From the NCBI RefSeq assembly GCF_009914755.1, contig NC_060927.1: a DNA stretch of 64,000 bases; one strand, written 5' to 3'. Numbering within the stretch: position 1 is the first letter of the stretch; each line of letters starts with the position of its first letter. This stretch comes from the human T2T-CHM13v2.0 reference genome, Homo sapiens. The translations under genes and the position numbers were made by a program. Below the pieces are notes generated by a model. That model searched no databases and was not told the origin of the DNA. It saw nothing but the letters and a program-made list of their open reading frames with translations. Below, in pieces: positions 14,806 to 27,775 of the stretch.

Positions 14806-17800
14806 GACAGACGAGCACTTAGACCAAGTATTTTTTTAAGGGAAATTAAAAGCTGTGGTACCTTTCAGTTCATGTGACTTTAATCTTTGAGAAATAAAAG
14901 CAGCCTTAAAGATTATTGGTAAAATGCAGCTGTCATTATAATGTAAATATGGGAATTAAACTATGCAGGTCAGATGCAAAGTTTGTTAAGTGTTTTGAAG
15001 TTACAAACTGCTTTTTGGGTTTTGAGAACTGTTTGACTTGGTGGCTTCACAATTGGTAAGGCCTGGGGACATAGGAAACTAACCATGCCCTTAATTAAGA
15101 AGGCAAACCTTGACTACACTTAGCACACAGTGAAAGCAACTTACCGAGTTTTATCTTAAAGTTAAAAATTGCTAGTTCATTGAAACTACTAGAAATAGAT
15201 TTACCTGCAAGGTGTGTAAGAACAGTAAAATGTGTTTTTTTGCAAGTGGTTATAAGAAGGCATGGAAATGTAAACTTTTACCTAGGGTTAAAGGATCGTT
15301 TTACTTAAATTAGGCAAAAGCTGAAGGTTCAAAGAAGGGGTGGAAGAACTGTAGAAATTAATCTTGTGGAAGAGGTTCTCTATGTGAACATATTGACTAA
15401 ATTCAAAAAAGGGTATTATATGGTTTTTCTGTAAATCGAGCATTGAAATAAAAGCATAATAAGGTTTTCCTAAGGTGCTAATCTGCTCCTTGGCAGAATT
15501 TCTAAAGGGGTGTAAAAGGTTTTTGCCTTTTTAAAATTTCTGAGTCTTTATTTTGGCAAGATAAATAACTTATGGTAATCTGGAATTCTATTTCATAATA
15601 TCAATTGTTTTAAACCTCGAACATTAGACAGCCTTCCCAAGTCAAACTTCAGTTTCAAAATTGTCTTCCTGGGCACATGGCTTTTCAAGTACTTCAGAGG
15701 TGTCCAGTGTTTCAAGTACCCTGAAGTGTCCAGAAAAGAGAGGTAAAGAGGATTATTTGACATGTTTAGGTACGTGGGACTGCCAAAATGATGCGCAATC
15801 TTCTTTAGGCTATATCTTGGTGAATAATGCTAATGTCTGAATATATGCTATCAATCATAATTAAGGTTTTTACATTAAGCTATTGTAAACCAGAGAGATA
15901 ACCAAACTTGTCAATTGTGTTTCTAACTGTAACTACCCTGGAGATTTTGGTATTCATAGACAATTGTTTTCTTATTTTAAAACATTTTCAAAAGATGGTT
16001 TATAATAAGCTGTAGGACTCTGACAGTTCCTCTTAAATACAATTTCTGATTATATTTGAGACAATCAGCCTTCTAATAACTTTAGATATTTTAACATTGG
16101 ATTAAAGAAAAATGTATAGGACCCATGAAGAGCTGAAATGTTTATATCAAGCAAAACATGTTAACTAAATGGACTGAACTCAGGAAGCTGAAGCAATCCT
16201 TTTAACTTTTGCTTGGAATGTTGCTGGTCCTTGTTTTGTTTTTCAGAGTCAATGTAACTTAAACTGTTTATGGCCTTTAATATTTAAGCAAGGTATACTC
16301 CTGGGATCAAAATTTGGAGAATGTTTGTTTCCCTCTGCCTGATTGCTCTAGAATTTGGAAACTGTGAGTGTTCTTAACTTACGGCATTATGGTTGTTTGC
16401 ATCAGTGCAATAAGAATCCATTTTTCTTTTGCAACAGGACACTATTGGAGAAAGTGGTTATTTTACCAAGGCTTTGACTGGAAGGGTATTCCTTTTAAGG
16501 AGTCAGTCTTGACTTGCAGAGCCAATAAAAGCCCACTGGGGGAACTGGTCTCATACCCTTGCCAATGCAGTCCCTGTGCAGGGCTCCTGACCTGTGGTCA
16601 GTAAAGAATGTCACTTGCTAACAGGTCCAGGAGCTTCAAGTTTATCTTGAGACCTTAAAAGGAGAATACTCACAGGTATTCGAGGATAAACCCATGGCTG
16701 GATTTGGCCTTAAAAGGTCTTATCTGAGATTCCTTGTGGAATAAACTTCCATCGAATTACATAGGCCAATCCAAAGGTCTTATGTAAAAATAATTATTCT
16801 TACTGCACTTTATGCAAATAATCAGGCCAAGTATAAAACTAAAGTCTATTTTGCAAACAACTGAGTCCTATGATGATTTGTTTTCTTGACAAAAATGAGA
16901 GCTAGAGAGAGAGAAATTATGTTTCAAAACTTATACATTTGTTAGTAATTTCTAAATTATTAGCTGTTTTTAAGCGTTTGCCTATATTTTAGACTAATCC
17001 TGCTTGTTCCTATGAACCAGCCAGCAATCTCTGGCTGCAACTCAGAAAGAACAAAAGTGATGAGTAATGTAAAAATCTGTATGAATATTCCAGTTCCGAG
17101 CAATTGTCCTGCAAATCCTGCCATGTGATGGGAATAAATAGGATGCTCCTCATCCAGAGGTTTCCTTTTTGGGAAAGTAAGACCAAGGGAGCTAACCAAA
17201 GCCAAGCACCATGCACCCAAATCCCAGCAAGCATAACTGTAGCCACCAGTTATCTGGGCATATCACAAGACATCCTTTCCTCTCCCTTGTTGGAAGAGGA
17301 CTCAGTTCCACGGTTTCACCTTAGCATTCGGCTTATGATAAGGAGTTCATGCAATGCCCCCTGATACACATTTTTGTCCCAGATTCAATTCCAAGCTCCA
17401 AGTCAAAAGCACTAGGAGAGAAAACTGGATCTGTAGGATCCAGAGGCAGATGTTAATGGCAGTTAAAAGGCACAGTGCAGGTGATTCCTGCTGACTAAGC
17501 CAAGCCCAAGCGTCCTGTTCCACATTAGTATTGATGTCATAAATGAGGTCTAGGGAACTCCAAGGCTACTGACAGTAGGTGAGAAAGAGACATAGATTAG
17601 AATGGATAATTCCTATTCTCTAGGCCACCTTGCTTCTTGGGTGCAAGCCACTTTGGTATTCATGGCAGCACCTGCCAAGGTTGCCAGAGCTCAGGGATGC
17701 AAGGATGGAAGACAGAAAGAGGATGCTCTTCTCTCTTTCCTCACTTACCAGGAGTATTTGCTAGAAAGAGAAGGGAGCCAGCGATGCCTGCTCCCCTTTT

Positions 17801-18439
17801 TCTAGATGGGTAGCCATTTATCTTCAGTCTGTACCCCTTTCAAATGCATCCTGAACCCTTGGGACTCCTTGAAAAGGCACCTTCTTTTTCCTCTCTCCTC
17901 CTCTGTTCTCTCTTCACTGATAGGTAATTGTGTCTCTGTACCACGGGACACACCCCTCAGATGCATCCTCCAAACTGGAAAGAGTTAATTTCCCAAACCT
18001 TAAACTGATTAGCTTAGGATTGGGCTCAGGGAAAGGGAACCCAGAAGCCCAACATGCTGGCAAAAGGGTAAAGTTGTTTTTTTTTTTTTTTTTTTTTTTT
18101 TTTTCCAGTCAGGCTTTTGGACTTCCTCTCCCTGTGCTAACTGGTAAAAGGCCTTGGAAATTCTTAGCTGTCTGCACCCCTCCCCTTGTTTCATTTTGAT
18201 GTTTATTTTCTAATAACCTGGTTTGTCGGTTCTTGCCTTCAGGCCATCAAACTTCAGTCATGCAACTGGACCCTCTGACAATGGCCCCTTCTGCTGGGAA
18301 CCCTTAGGTAGGCCTCTGAGGGAGCTCCGACTGCCATTTCTGCAAAAGAGCAACACCATCGGCAGGAAACAGTTAATATCGGTTTTTGTTCTCATCCTTA
18401 ATCTAATGGCAGTTAGATGTACCTCTTTAGCGGGGGGAA

Positions 18440-18759
18440 TGCTACAACCAGGTGGGAGGGTGTCCCCAGAAAACCAGCCTGCCCACTGGGGTGGAGCCTC
18501 AGGAAGTTCACAACATTTGCAGCGGGTAGGAGCTTGGCCCCTCTTCTTCCTGTGTGGAACCTGGGATTTGAATGGCCAGCAGGAAGCACTATCAGGGACT
18601 CTGGCCTAGCAAGAGTCCCTGTTTCCCTTTTTTCTTCCTTTTCACCTGATAAAACCCTGCTTTACTGACCCTTCAAACCATCTGCGAGCCTAAATTTTCA
18701 TGGCCAAGGGATGGACAAAAACCCTGTCTTTAGCTGACCTAAGGAACAGTCCTACAATA
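18440..18759 (+). repeat. 3' LTR (MER61-like)
   Basis: Collinear with 13113-13441 and preceded by the PPT. Confidence 0.85.
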
Positions 18760-18788
18760 ATGGGAGAGAAACACTGTCTCAAAAAAAA

Positions 18789-20570
18789 TATTCTAATTCA
18801 TGGATTAGAAGATTTAATATTGTCAAAATGTCTGTACTATCCAAGGCAGTCTATAGATTCAATAAAATCTGTATCAAAATTCTAATGTAATTTTTCACAG
18901 AAATAGAAAAAAAATTCTAAAATTCATATGTAACCACAAGAGACCCAGAATAGCCAAAGAAATCTTGAGCAAGAAGAATAAAGCTGAGACATCACAATAC
19001 CTAATTTCAAAATATGCTACTGTGCTATAGTAATCAAAACAGTATGATATTGCCATAAAAGCAGACATATAAACTAATGGAACAGAATAGAGAGCCCAGA
19101 AATAAATCGAAGCATTTAGAGTCAATGGATCATTAACAAAGGTGCCAATAAAACACAATGGGGAAAGGATAGTCTCTTCAATAAGTCATGTTGGGAAAAC
19201 TGGACATCCACAGGCAGAAGAATGAAACTGGAGCCTTATCTCACACCATGTACAAAATCAACTAAAAATGGATTAAAGTCTTAAAGGTAAGACTTGAAAC
19301 TAAAACTAATAGAGAAATGCATAAGGGACATTGGTTTTGGCATTGGTCTGGGCAATAATTTTTTTTTGGATATGACACTAAAAGCACAAGAAACAAAATA
19401 AAAAATAGACAAGTGAGATTGCCTTAAACGAAAAGCTTCTGCTTAGAAACAAAAAAGAAACACACACACACACCAAAAAACCCAGTCAACAGAGTGAACA
19501 GGCAACCTACAGAATGAGAGGGAATATTAGCCAATATACTTTATAAGGGGTTAAAATCCAAAGTATACAAAGAACTCAAAAGCAAAAAAGCAAGTAACTC
19601 ACTTAGGAAATACGTAAAGAACCTGAGTAGACATTTCTCCAAAGAAAACACAAAAATTGCCAATGGACATCTAAAAAGGTGCCCAGTATCACTAATCATC
19701 AGGGAAATGCAAATTAAAACCACAATGATATGTTACCTCACATCTGTTGAGATTGCTATTATGAAAAAGACAAAAGATGAGTGTTTTTGAGTGTGTCAAA
19801 AAAGAAGGAACTTTTGTGTACTGTTGGTGGGAGGGTAAATTGGTACAGCCATTAGGGAAAACAGTGTAGAGTTTCCTCAAAAAATTAAAAATATAACTAC
19901 CATATAAACAGCAATCTCACTAATGGGTACATATGAGAAAATGAATTCAGTATTTCAAAAATGCTGTCGATACTTGTGTGTTCCTTGCAGTGTTATACAC
20001 AATAGCAAAGATATGGAATCAATCAAAGTGTCCGTTGATGGATAAATGGATAAAGAAATTGTGGTATACAGTGGAAATTATTCAGCTATAAAAAAGAAGG
20101 AAATCCTGTTATTTGTGAGAGGACATGTTAAGTGAGATAAGCCGGGCACAGAAAGTCAGATAATACATGATCTCACTTGTATGTGGAATCTAAAAAAGTC
20201 AAATTAATCAAGACAGAGAGTAAAATGGTAGTTTTCAGGGGTTGAGGAGTGTGAGAAATGGAGAGATGTTGGCCAAAGAGTACAAAGTTTCAGTTATACA
20301 GGATGAATAAGTTCTGGATATTTAACGTATACCATGGTGACTTAGTCAATAATGCACAACTGAGTACTTGAAATATTCTGAGAGTAGATCTTAAATGTTC
20401 TCACCACACCAAACAAAAAACATATTAACTATATGAGGTGATGGACATGTTAATTAGCTTGAGATTGGTAACCGTTTCACAATGTATATATATATACAAA
20501 TATAATGCCCTGTACCTTAAACATATGTAATTTTTATTTGTCAATTATATCTCAATAAAACTGGAAAAAA
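18789..20570 (+). mobile_element. L1MA8/9-like ORF2 C-terminal region and 3'UTR
   Basis: Continuous L1 ORF2 end and 3'UTR finishing tcaataaaactggaaaaaa. Confidence 0.9.
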
Positions 20571-20571
20571 T

Positions 20572-20885
20572 ACTTCATGCATTTTCACTTTTGCACCTCA
20601 CCATTGCCATTAAGAAAAAAAATGGCTTGATAAGCTAGCCGATAAAAGGATAGAAGATGTAGAAGAGAATCATTCCAGCTGACCCAGTGAGCTGCAGTGT
20701 GAAGTGGATGAGCCCCAGCATCTACAGGGAGAAGCAGAGCCACCAGTGCCCTCAACAGCGAGCCTGCCCTCTGTTAACTAAAACAGCCAACCTGCCAATT
20801 CATAAGAACAGTCCATTTGTTTCCATTCCCTGAGGTTCGTGTTTGTTTGTTTTGCAGTATTTTGTGACAATAGCTAAGCGCAACA
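20572..20885 (+). mobile_element. MLT1-family LTR, 3' part
   Basis: Ends ...tgaggttcgtgtttgtttgttttgcagta...caatagctaagcgcaaca, an MLT1-type terminus. Confidence 0.6.
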
Positions 20886-21784
20886 AAAGCTAACTCTATT
20901 TTGTGAATGCCCCTGAGCAACAATTATACACAATTCACAAGATGTATAACCGTACGATACCCCAAACCAAGGCAGGCAATTTTAATGTGCTTTCCAATAT
21001 CTTCGCTTTAATTGTATCTAGGTTTGTCTGCATCCTTTTTCTTAATGTGACTTGTATGTATGCATTTATGTTCTAACTCATGACATGTTAGCAAAGATAA
21101 CACCTTTTACATGAATACAAACATAAATGAATTGGAATAAGGATAATTCATCTTAAGTCTTTTTTTCTGTTCTTTTTCTTTTCCTGGGCTTCTGAAATAA
21201 TTCTTATCTTTTCATTAGGCTTATAACAATCATTGTAGCAATTATATCTGTTTTGTGCTTCATCCCTTATGTAAATTAATTGTCATCTCAGTGTATTGCT
21301 GTAAAAATAGGGATTCCTAGGGAAGATAACTTTCATAGAATTAATTATTCAGAGGCCAATTATCCAGTTCTAGGCTATTCACATTGTTTTTATTTTCTCA
21401 CTTCTCCATATATTTGAATATTTCTCAGTCCATTAACGATCCATTTTGCTTCTCATTAACATCTCTGGTAAAAGGTATGGTGAAAGAACTAATTGATACT
21501 TTTAGAAATGATGAAACTTTTGAATTAACTAAACTCAGGATACACTCACTATCTTACCCCCTACCTTACTAAGACAAACAGTTGAGTTTATTTCATGTTA
21601 TAGGTAAACTTAGACTGAGAAAAGCTTTAATTATTATTTTTTTGCTTCATGAACATATAAAGAGGGCATCAACTATGTCATCTTTTTCTAAGACTACAAA
21701 CTGAAATTATAGCACTATTAGCCTCTAATAAATACTTCTCATTTTCTGTGGCCCTCAGGTTGAAGGATATAGTTTGCAGTCATA

Positions 21785-22500
21785 TTTATTATATTTTCTT
21801 ATTTATTTCACTCTCCCTTACCCCAGTCCTGGGTGCCGCCATTCTGTTTTCTGTTTTTGTAAGTTTAGCATTTTTAGATTCTGCATATAAGTGAGATCAT
21901 GAATTATCTTTCTGTGTCTGACTTATCTCACCTAAAGTATTCTGGGTTCATACATGTTGTCATAAATGAGCACAATTTCCTTCCTAAATAGAATTCCATT
22001 GCATGTATACCCCTCATCCATGATTTTGCTTTCTATGGTTTCATGGTTTCACTTACCTGCAACCAACCATAGTCCAAACATATTAAATGGAGAATTCCAG
22101 AAATAAACAATTTGAGTTTTAATCTGCATGTTGTTTCTGAGCAGTGTGATGAAATCTCACGTTTTCCCGCTTAGTCGCTGTTCAGTACTATCCAAGAGTT
22201 CAGGCATTCACTGGGGGTCTTGAAACATGTCTCTCTTGGCTAAGAGGGACTACCATATACCACGTTTTCTCTATCCATTCATCTGTTGATGAAAGCTTAG
22301 ATTGATTTCATATCGTGGCTATTCTGAATAATGCTACAATGAATAAGAGAGTGCAGGTACCTTTTCCAGTTACTGATTTCATTTCCTTCGGATATATGCC
22401 CAGAAATGGGATGGTTGGATCATATAGTAGTTCTATTTTTACTTTTTTGAGGAACCTCCATAATGTTTTCCATAATGGCTGTACTAATTTACATTCCCTG
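21785..22500 (-). mobile_element. L1M (MA/MB) 3' region, interrupted by a MER44-like element
   Basis: gcatataagtgagatcatg...; ggatcatatagtagttctatttt...ggctgtactaatttacattccc. Confidence 0.8.
22008..22256 (+). mobile_element. MER44A-like (Tigger7-derived) MITE, internally deleted
   Basis: tattaaatggagaattccagaaataaacaa...caggcattcactgggggtcttgaaacat...gggactac. Confidence 0.75.
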
Positions 22501-23424
22501 TGGTGATAATTATTAACTATATTGTATTGCAGTTCTGTGATGCTCGGGGCTCTGCAAACTATATTTCTCCTTTGCCAGCCATTTCCCTGTTAGTTTCTGC
22601 CAATAGAGGCCACTAGAGGAGGATAAAAGGTAGTTGGAGTGAGAAGGCACTTGCTTCTTCCAGGTGTCTACTGCTCCTGCCAGCCTGGTCTCAGCAGTCA
22701 CTCTTAATCCTGAAGTAGCTATTGGTTCCGGTTTCTTGTATTCTTCCACATTCTGACAACCAGCCTCATAACATTTCTTTGGAGAAACTAGTAACACTCT
22801 GGTAGCACACTCTCCTCTAGTTTAGCAAGGTACCTCTTTTGAGCTTTTGAGATACCCGCAGAGTAATCAGAGGCTCTTGTTCCTAAGAGATCTGAATCAC
22901 AGCTTCTCAAGGCCTCTCTTCTAGTGTTCTGATAAATTCAACTTCTTACCTTGTTCCTTACATGCTAAGATTACTATCATTGTGTCAGTCCAATGTTCCC
23001 TTTTTGATTGTTGAGTCTTCTGATGGTTTTTTTTTTTTTTTTTTTTGAGACAGAGTCTCACTCTGTCGTCCATGCTGGCGTGCAATGACACAATCTCGGC
23101 TCCTTGCAAACTCCGTCTCCCTGGTTCAAGCAATTCTTGTGCCTCAGCCTCCCAAGTAGCTGGGGCTACAGGCATGCACCACCACACTCAGCTCATTTTT
23201 TGTAGTTCTTCTAGAGACGGGATTTCACCATGTTGGTCAGGCTGGTCTTGAACTTCTGACCTCAGGTGATCCGCCCGCCTCAGCCTCCTCCTCCGAAGTG
23301 CTGGGATTACAGGCATGAGCCACGGCGCCCAGCTCCAATAACTTTTTAAACATTTCTTGCTTTAGACCCTCTCTGTTGAACTAACTAGCATGGTTTCCAT
23401 TTGCTGGCTATAGCCTGATGATAT
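22500..23424 (+). mobile_element. LTR33-family ERVL solo LTR (contains an Alu)
   Basis: ctctgcaaactatatttctcctttgccagc...ctgttagtttctgccaatag; terminus ctctgttgaactaactagcatggtttc...cctgatgata. Confidence 0.7.
23027..23333 (-). mobile_element. Alu (AluSx-like)
   Basis: Poly-T plus a full antisense Alu containing cctcaggtgatccgcccgcc. Confidence 0.95.
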
Positions 23425-23444
23425 GGTGCTGAATTTAGATGTCC

Positions 23445-23920
23445 TGTCAATCACCTTAAAGACAAAGACTTTTGTCTTTGTAGCCCCTTCTATCCTTAGC
23501 TCATGGCTTGCTGTAGAAATGCTTGCTCTATGTATAGTCATGGAAGATTTCCCTGGTCCCATGCTCTGCCTACTAGGCATCTATTTTACATTGTTTGTAC
23601 CTAATATATTTTGGGTGTATATTGACTTAGCTATGTTAAGTGGTTCATTTGCACTGTTCCCCTCATCAGACACAGATCTAATTGTCATGCTTTCTGAATT
23701 CTTTTAATTGTCTCTTTCCCACATGTTGTCATTATTTGGCTCATTTCTATCCTCAGGGAATGATGTAGCGTCCTCATCCTCATCAGCCACTTGATGAGAC
23801 TGAACAGTGTCAATGTCAGCCTCATTCTCACTTGAGTTTTTATTATCTGCCTCTGAGTTGGCAAAATTTTCCTCCCACTAGTGTTGATGTGTGGCTTTTA
23901 CATTAAGCCTATTAGTTTTA
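23445..23920 (-). pseudogene. Decayed coding relic, possibly the N-terminus of a piggyBac-like transposase
   Basis: Manual translation in the frame of ORF 23362..23580 gives ~150 codons with three stops and no frameshift: an acidic D/E/N/S tract followed by ILGTNNVK*...GK...FKVID. Confidence 0.4.
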
Positions 23921-24617
23921 AGTAAGGGGTGGCCTTGGTCAGTTCTGGTCTGGTTCCCTAGTGCCTCCTTTCCTCACAGTATGCCACCAGTCATCATTAA
24001 CTTATAATACTACACTGTGTAATAAAGCCTGCAATTAGTGCTGAGAAAATGGCTCAGAAGCAATATGTGTGCCTTGATTTGGCATTCTCTGTATTGCTTT
24101 ACAAAACCTGATTTCTCTTCCTGGGTCAAGCCAACCCTGAGGCTAATTGGCTCTTCTGTTCTATCATTCCTTTATACTTCTATTGTTGTTATGCCTACAG
24201 TATTGTCATTGAAGCAGCGTCCCCCCAGCCCCCAACACACGCACTATACTGAAGTTTGGTACTGGCCACAATGTTCAGAGATGAAGTGGTTTGCTTTTTC
24301 TGGTTTCTTCCCCCAAACTAGCTACATGAATAATAATATTTTGTACATCTCAAGAAATTTTCCCCCAAAGCATCAGCTTCACAATATTATCTACATCAAA
24401 TGTTTATGCACTTTTGCCATTTACTTTTCACGTATAAAGCACATGGTAGCAGCCTCAGAAGAGAAATATTTGTTGTTGCATGCTCTTTTTAAATGCTTAC
24501 CCACCATCTCTTTGGAAAAATTAGGAAAGCAAATAACCAAAGTGAATTGCAATCTAACTGAATGCAACGCTCAGGAAATTTTCAAAGAGGATTTCTAAAT
24601 ATGTTGGCTCTTCCACA

Positions 24618-24624
24618 GTCTCTT

Positions 24625-24660
<36 letters not shown>
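24618..24660 (+). repeat. (TC)n microsatellite
   Basis: Read directly from the sequence. Confidence 0.95.
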
Positions 24661-24664
<4 letters not shown>

Positions 24665-25829
24665 TTTATTAGCCACACTTAGTAGAGTTCAATTTTCATA
24701 CCAGCTGTCATATATAATTGAATGTTAACCAAATGGAGATAGCATTAAAAAGGGGGAGAGAAGAAGAGGAAGGAAAAGTCTTATTTTAGTAACAGAAAAT
24801 ACAAATTCAGAATTTCGAACTTTTTTTTTTTTTAGTTTGTTTCACCTATGGAAGATTTTCTTCCTTCCCTTTCTCCAAAGTTGATTAGGCTGGGAATCAG
24901 ACATCAATTTATAAGATTCTAGATACTGTTTTGGAGAAAAGTCCTTAAGGGATGTGAGTAAGGGAAGAAGACGGGTAGAAAGTGAAATTGTGACAGAAGT
25001 TTTACCCCAAAGAAAATTGTAATGAAGAAGACTGGTTTAAAAACAACAAACAAACAGACAAACACACAAAAAAACTATGTGCCATGACTTTTTTTTCAAA
25101 CTATTGAGAAGATATGCTATCACCATTTTCCCTGGCATATCTGTTTTGCTTCTTGCTCAGAGCAAGAATCTAAAGATGTGCAGCATCAAAGTAATATTGA
25201 TGGCTAATATATAGTATTTTCTATGAGCATCAAGAGTGGCAGTGTTTCTGACAGACAACTGGGTCAGATAGCCAGGACATGAATTCGAGGGGATCCACAA
25301 AGGACAGTTCTGCATTTTCCATATCTAGAGGCTGTATCTGGGTCAAAAGAATGCACTTTGCCTTTGCTTCATACAGCTTGAGCCAGCTGGACTCTATCCA
25401 GGAAGATAATGCTGACAAATCCTGGGAAAGCAAGAAGCAGCAGCAGCTTCTCTCTCATCGTGCAGCATATGATATCACTGTTTCTCCTGAGTCTCTTTGT
25501 CCCTTTGACATGTAGTAATAATTAAAGCATACAGATCTGCATTTATTAGAGGCCAAATAGCAGGCTTGAATATTGAGTCAGAAGTTTCTGTACCTATAAG
25601 TCACATAGCAAAGTGCATAAAGCAACTCCATCTATGAAGGAATGAAGTCATCTCTTCATCCTTAACAGAGAGTGAAGAAAGACTTATGGAACATGTCATA
25701 TAAACCAGCCCTTGTTCTGCTCTATGTACTTATTATACACATGCTCATTTAATGTTAAAAATAATGACTTTGTGGATTAAGAATGTGAATGTTGGCATCA
25801 TTAAGAGCCCTGAATGTAGCTATTTTTAT

Positions 25830-26790
25830 TCTCAATTGAGAGATGAAAAAACTGAACTTGTGTACAAGGAGATATGAACATGAATGTAGACAATTGCTTT
25901 GTTTTTAACAGAGGAAAAATTTGTGGAAAGTACCCAAATGTAAGGAGAATAGCCAGGTAAATTGTGGCCTGTATGTCTAATGGAATGCTATAAAACGTCA
26001 GTATAAATAAAATACAGCTATACATGTCAATAGAGATAACCCTCAAAAATGTGTAGCCCGTATCTTTGCTATTGTGAATAATGTTGAAATGAGTGATGAA
26101 GAGGAGATATCTCTTTGAAAGACTCGTTTCATTTCCTTTGGATATATACCCAGGAGTGTGACTGCTGGATCATATGGTAGTTCTATTTTTAGTCTTTTGA
26201 GGAAACTCCACCCTATTTTTCAAAATGGCTGTACTAATTTGCATTCTCACCAACAGTGTCTGAGGGTTCCTTTTTCTCCACATCCTAACCAACACTGTTC
26301 CATTTTCATCTTTTTGATAATAGCCATTCTAACAGGTATGAGATGAAATCTCACTGTAGTTTTAATTTGCATTTCCTACGTTAATTAGCTTGATTGAATC
26401 TTCCTACAATGTATACATAGATCAAAACATCACATTGTACTCCATAAATATAGTTACTGTCAAGTAAAAATAAATTAATATAAAATTAAAAAGAAACAAA
26501 CCCCTAAAACTATGATGTTGAATAAAAACTTCTAACAGAAGACTATGATTCTGCTAATATGGAATTCAAAATAGGCAAAGTGAAACAACATATTATTTAG
26601 GAACACAAATATATTTGGTAAAAATATAAAGAAGACCAAAAGAATGATATATCATAGCAAATCCTCCGGAATGGAGAGAGAGGGATTTGGGAAAAGACAC
26701 CCAGAAGAATCAATAGAGTTGTATTTCTTAAGCCGTGTGGGGGATACACAGATGTTGTCTTATTATTGTTTTTAACTACTTATTATATAT
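25830..26790 (+). mobile_element. Old L1ME-type 3' region, split by a younger inverted L1MA
   Basis: aatggaatgctataaaacgtcag...atacagctatacatgtcaa...; ggaattcaaaataggcaaagtgaaac. Confidence 0.65.
26057..26497. mobile_element. 5'-inverted (twin-primed) L1MA insertion: antisense 26057-26378, then sense 3' end with A-tail 26379-26497
   Basis: Abrupt strand switch at ~26378; degenerate TSD aaccctcaaaaatgtg / aacccctaaaactatg. Confidence 0.7.
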
Positions 26791-27619
26791 ACCATTCTTT
26801 ATGCATGATGCCCAGAAAGACAGGAAAATAAGTAAAAGAAGACAAAGTAATTAACTTATAATAATCTAAATTCAGCACCATGTCCTCCATGCTACAACAG
26901 CTATGAATGATGTTCAAAATTGTGTTTACTTCCACAAATAAGCAGAAATCTCTGTTAAGACATGAAGAAGAGATACAGACACTGAATTTAAGAAACAATA
27001 TGCTGTATACGAATGCATATAAGAAACTTTAGATTCCACTTTTAATCCTGGCACTGGCTTGTTCATTCACTTTTAGCACCTTTGTTTTCCTATGCATGAG
27101 GTATATTGCATACAGCCCTTCAAACACTTGCAATCCAAATGAGAATTTAAAAGATTTACTACGAAATGCCAAATAACCCTTGCCAACCCCCCTAGATTTA
27201 GATAAATAAAATATTATAATACAGACCTAAAGGGGTGAAAAAATTTGTGGCTAATGAAATTGTAAGATTAAATTTCCAGAATGTGTTGCAGTACCATAAC
27301 CATAATTAGAGCCTCTTGTTTTTGAAAATAATGCAGAAGGCAGGGACAAAGTCTATACACTGTAATTCATTTTAAATTGTGCCCTTTTTGAATTGGTATA
27401 AAGTTACAAAATAAGTGTCCTTTGAATGCTACAATAGGAAAACTGTATTTAGGGCAATTTTTATTTTTTCATGTTTATTTAGGAAAAGCACTTGAAATTA
27501 TTTTAATGGAGGAGAAAATTAAAGATTATTTCAATAGTTTTGGTACACCTATGAACAAGCTTTGAATATTGCTATTGAGCAAAGCAAGGGTGGTAAAATG
27601 GCAATTTGCTTTAAGCCAG

Positions 27620-27775
27620 TTGTTGTGCAAGAGCTTTGGGCTAAGAATCAGCAGACCTGTTCACAAGTTCACCGTGTCACAAATTAACTGTGTAATTCTG
27701 CACTTTACTTGAATCATTACTACTAAAAGATTTGAGGGGGGCAGATGGCTCCTAAGGTCCTGTTCGTTCTCATAT
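27620..27775 (+). mobile_element. MIR/MIR3-like fragment
   Basis: agagctttgggctaagaatcagcagacctg...aattaactgtgta...ctaaggtcc. Confidence 0.45.

Noticed and set aside
24038-24598. Longest listed ORF (186 aa)
   Set aside because: GTG start, no recognisable domain, composition typical of translated AT-rich non-coding DNA
25230-25515. Overlapping short ORFs with a short CAG run (KKQQQ)
   Set aside because: No recognisable protein motif or convincing splice-site pair; treated as chance, though a small exon cannot be fully excluded without alignment
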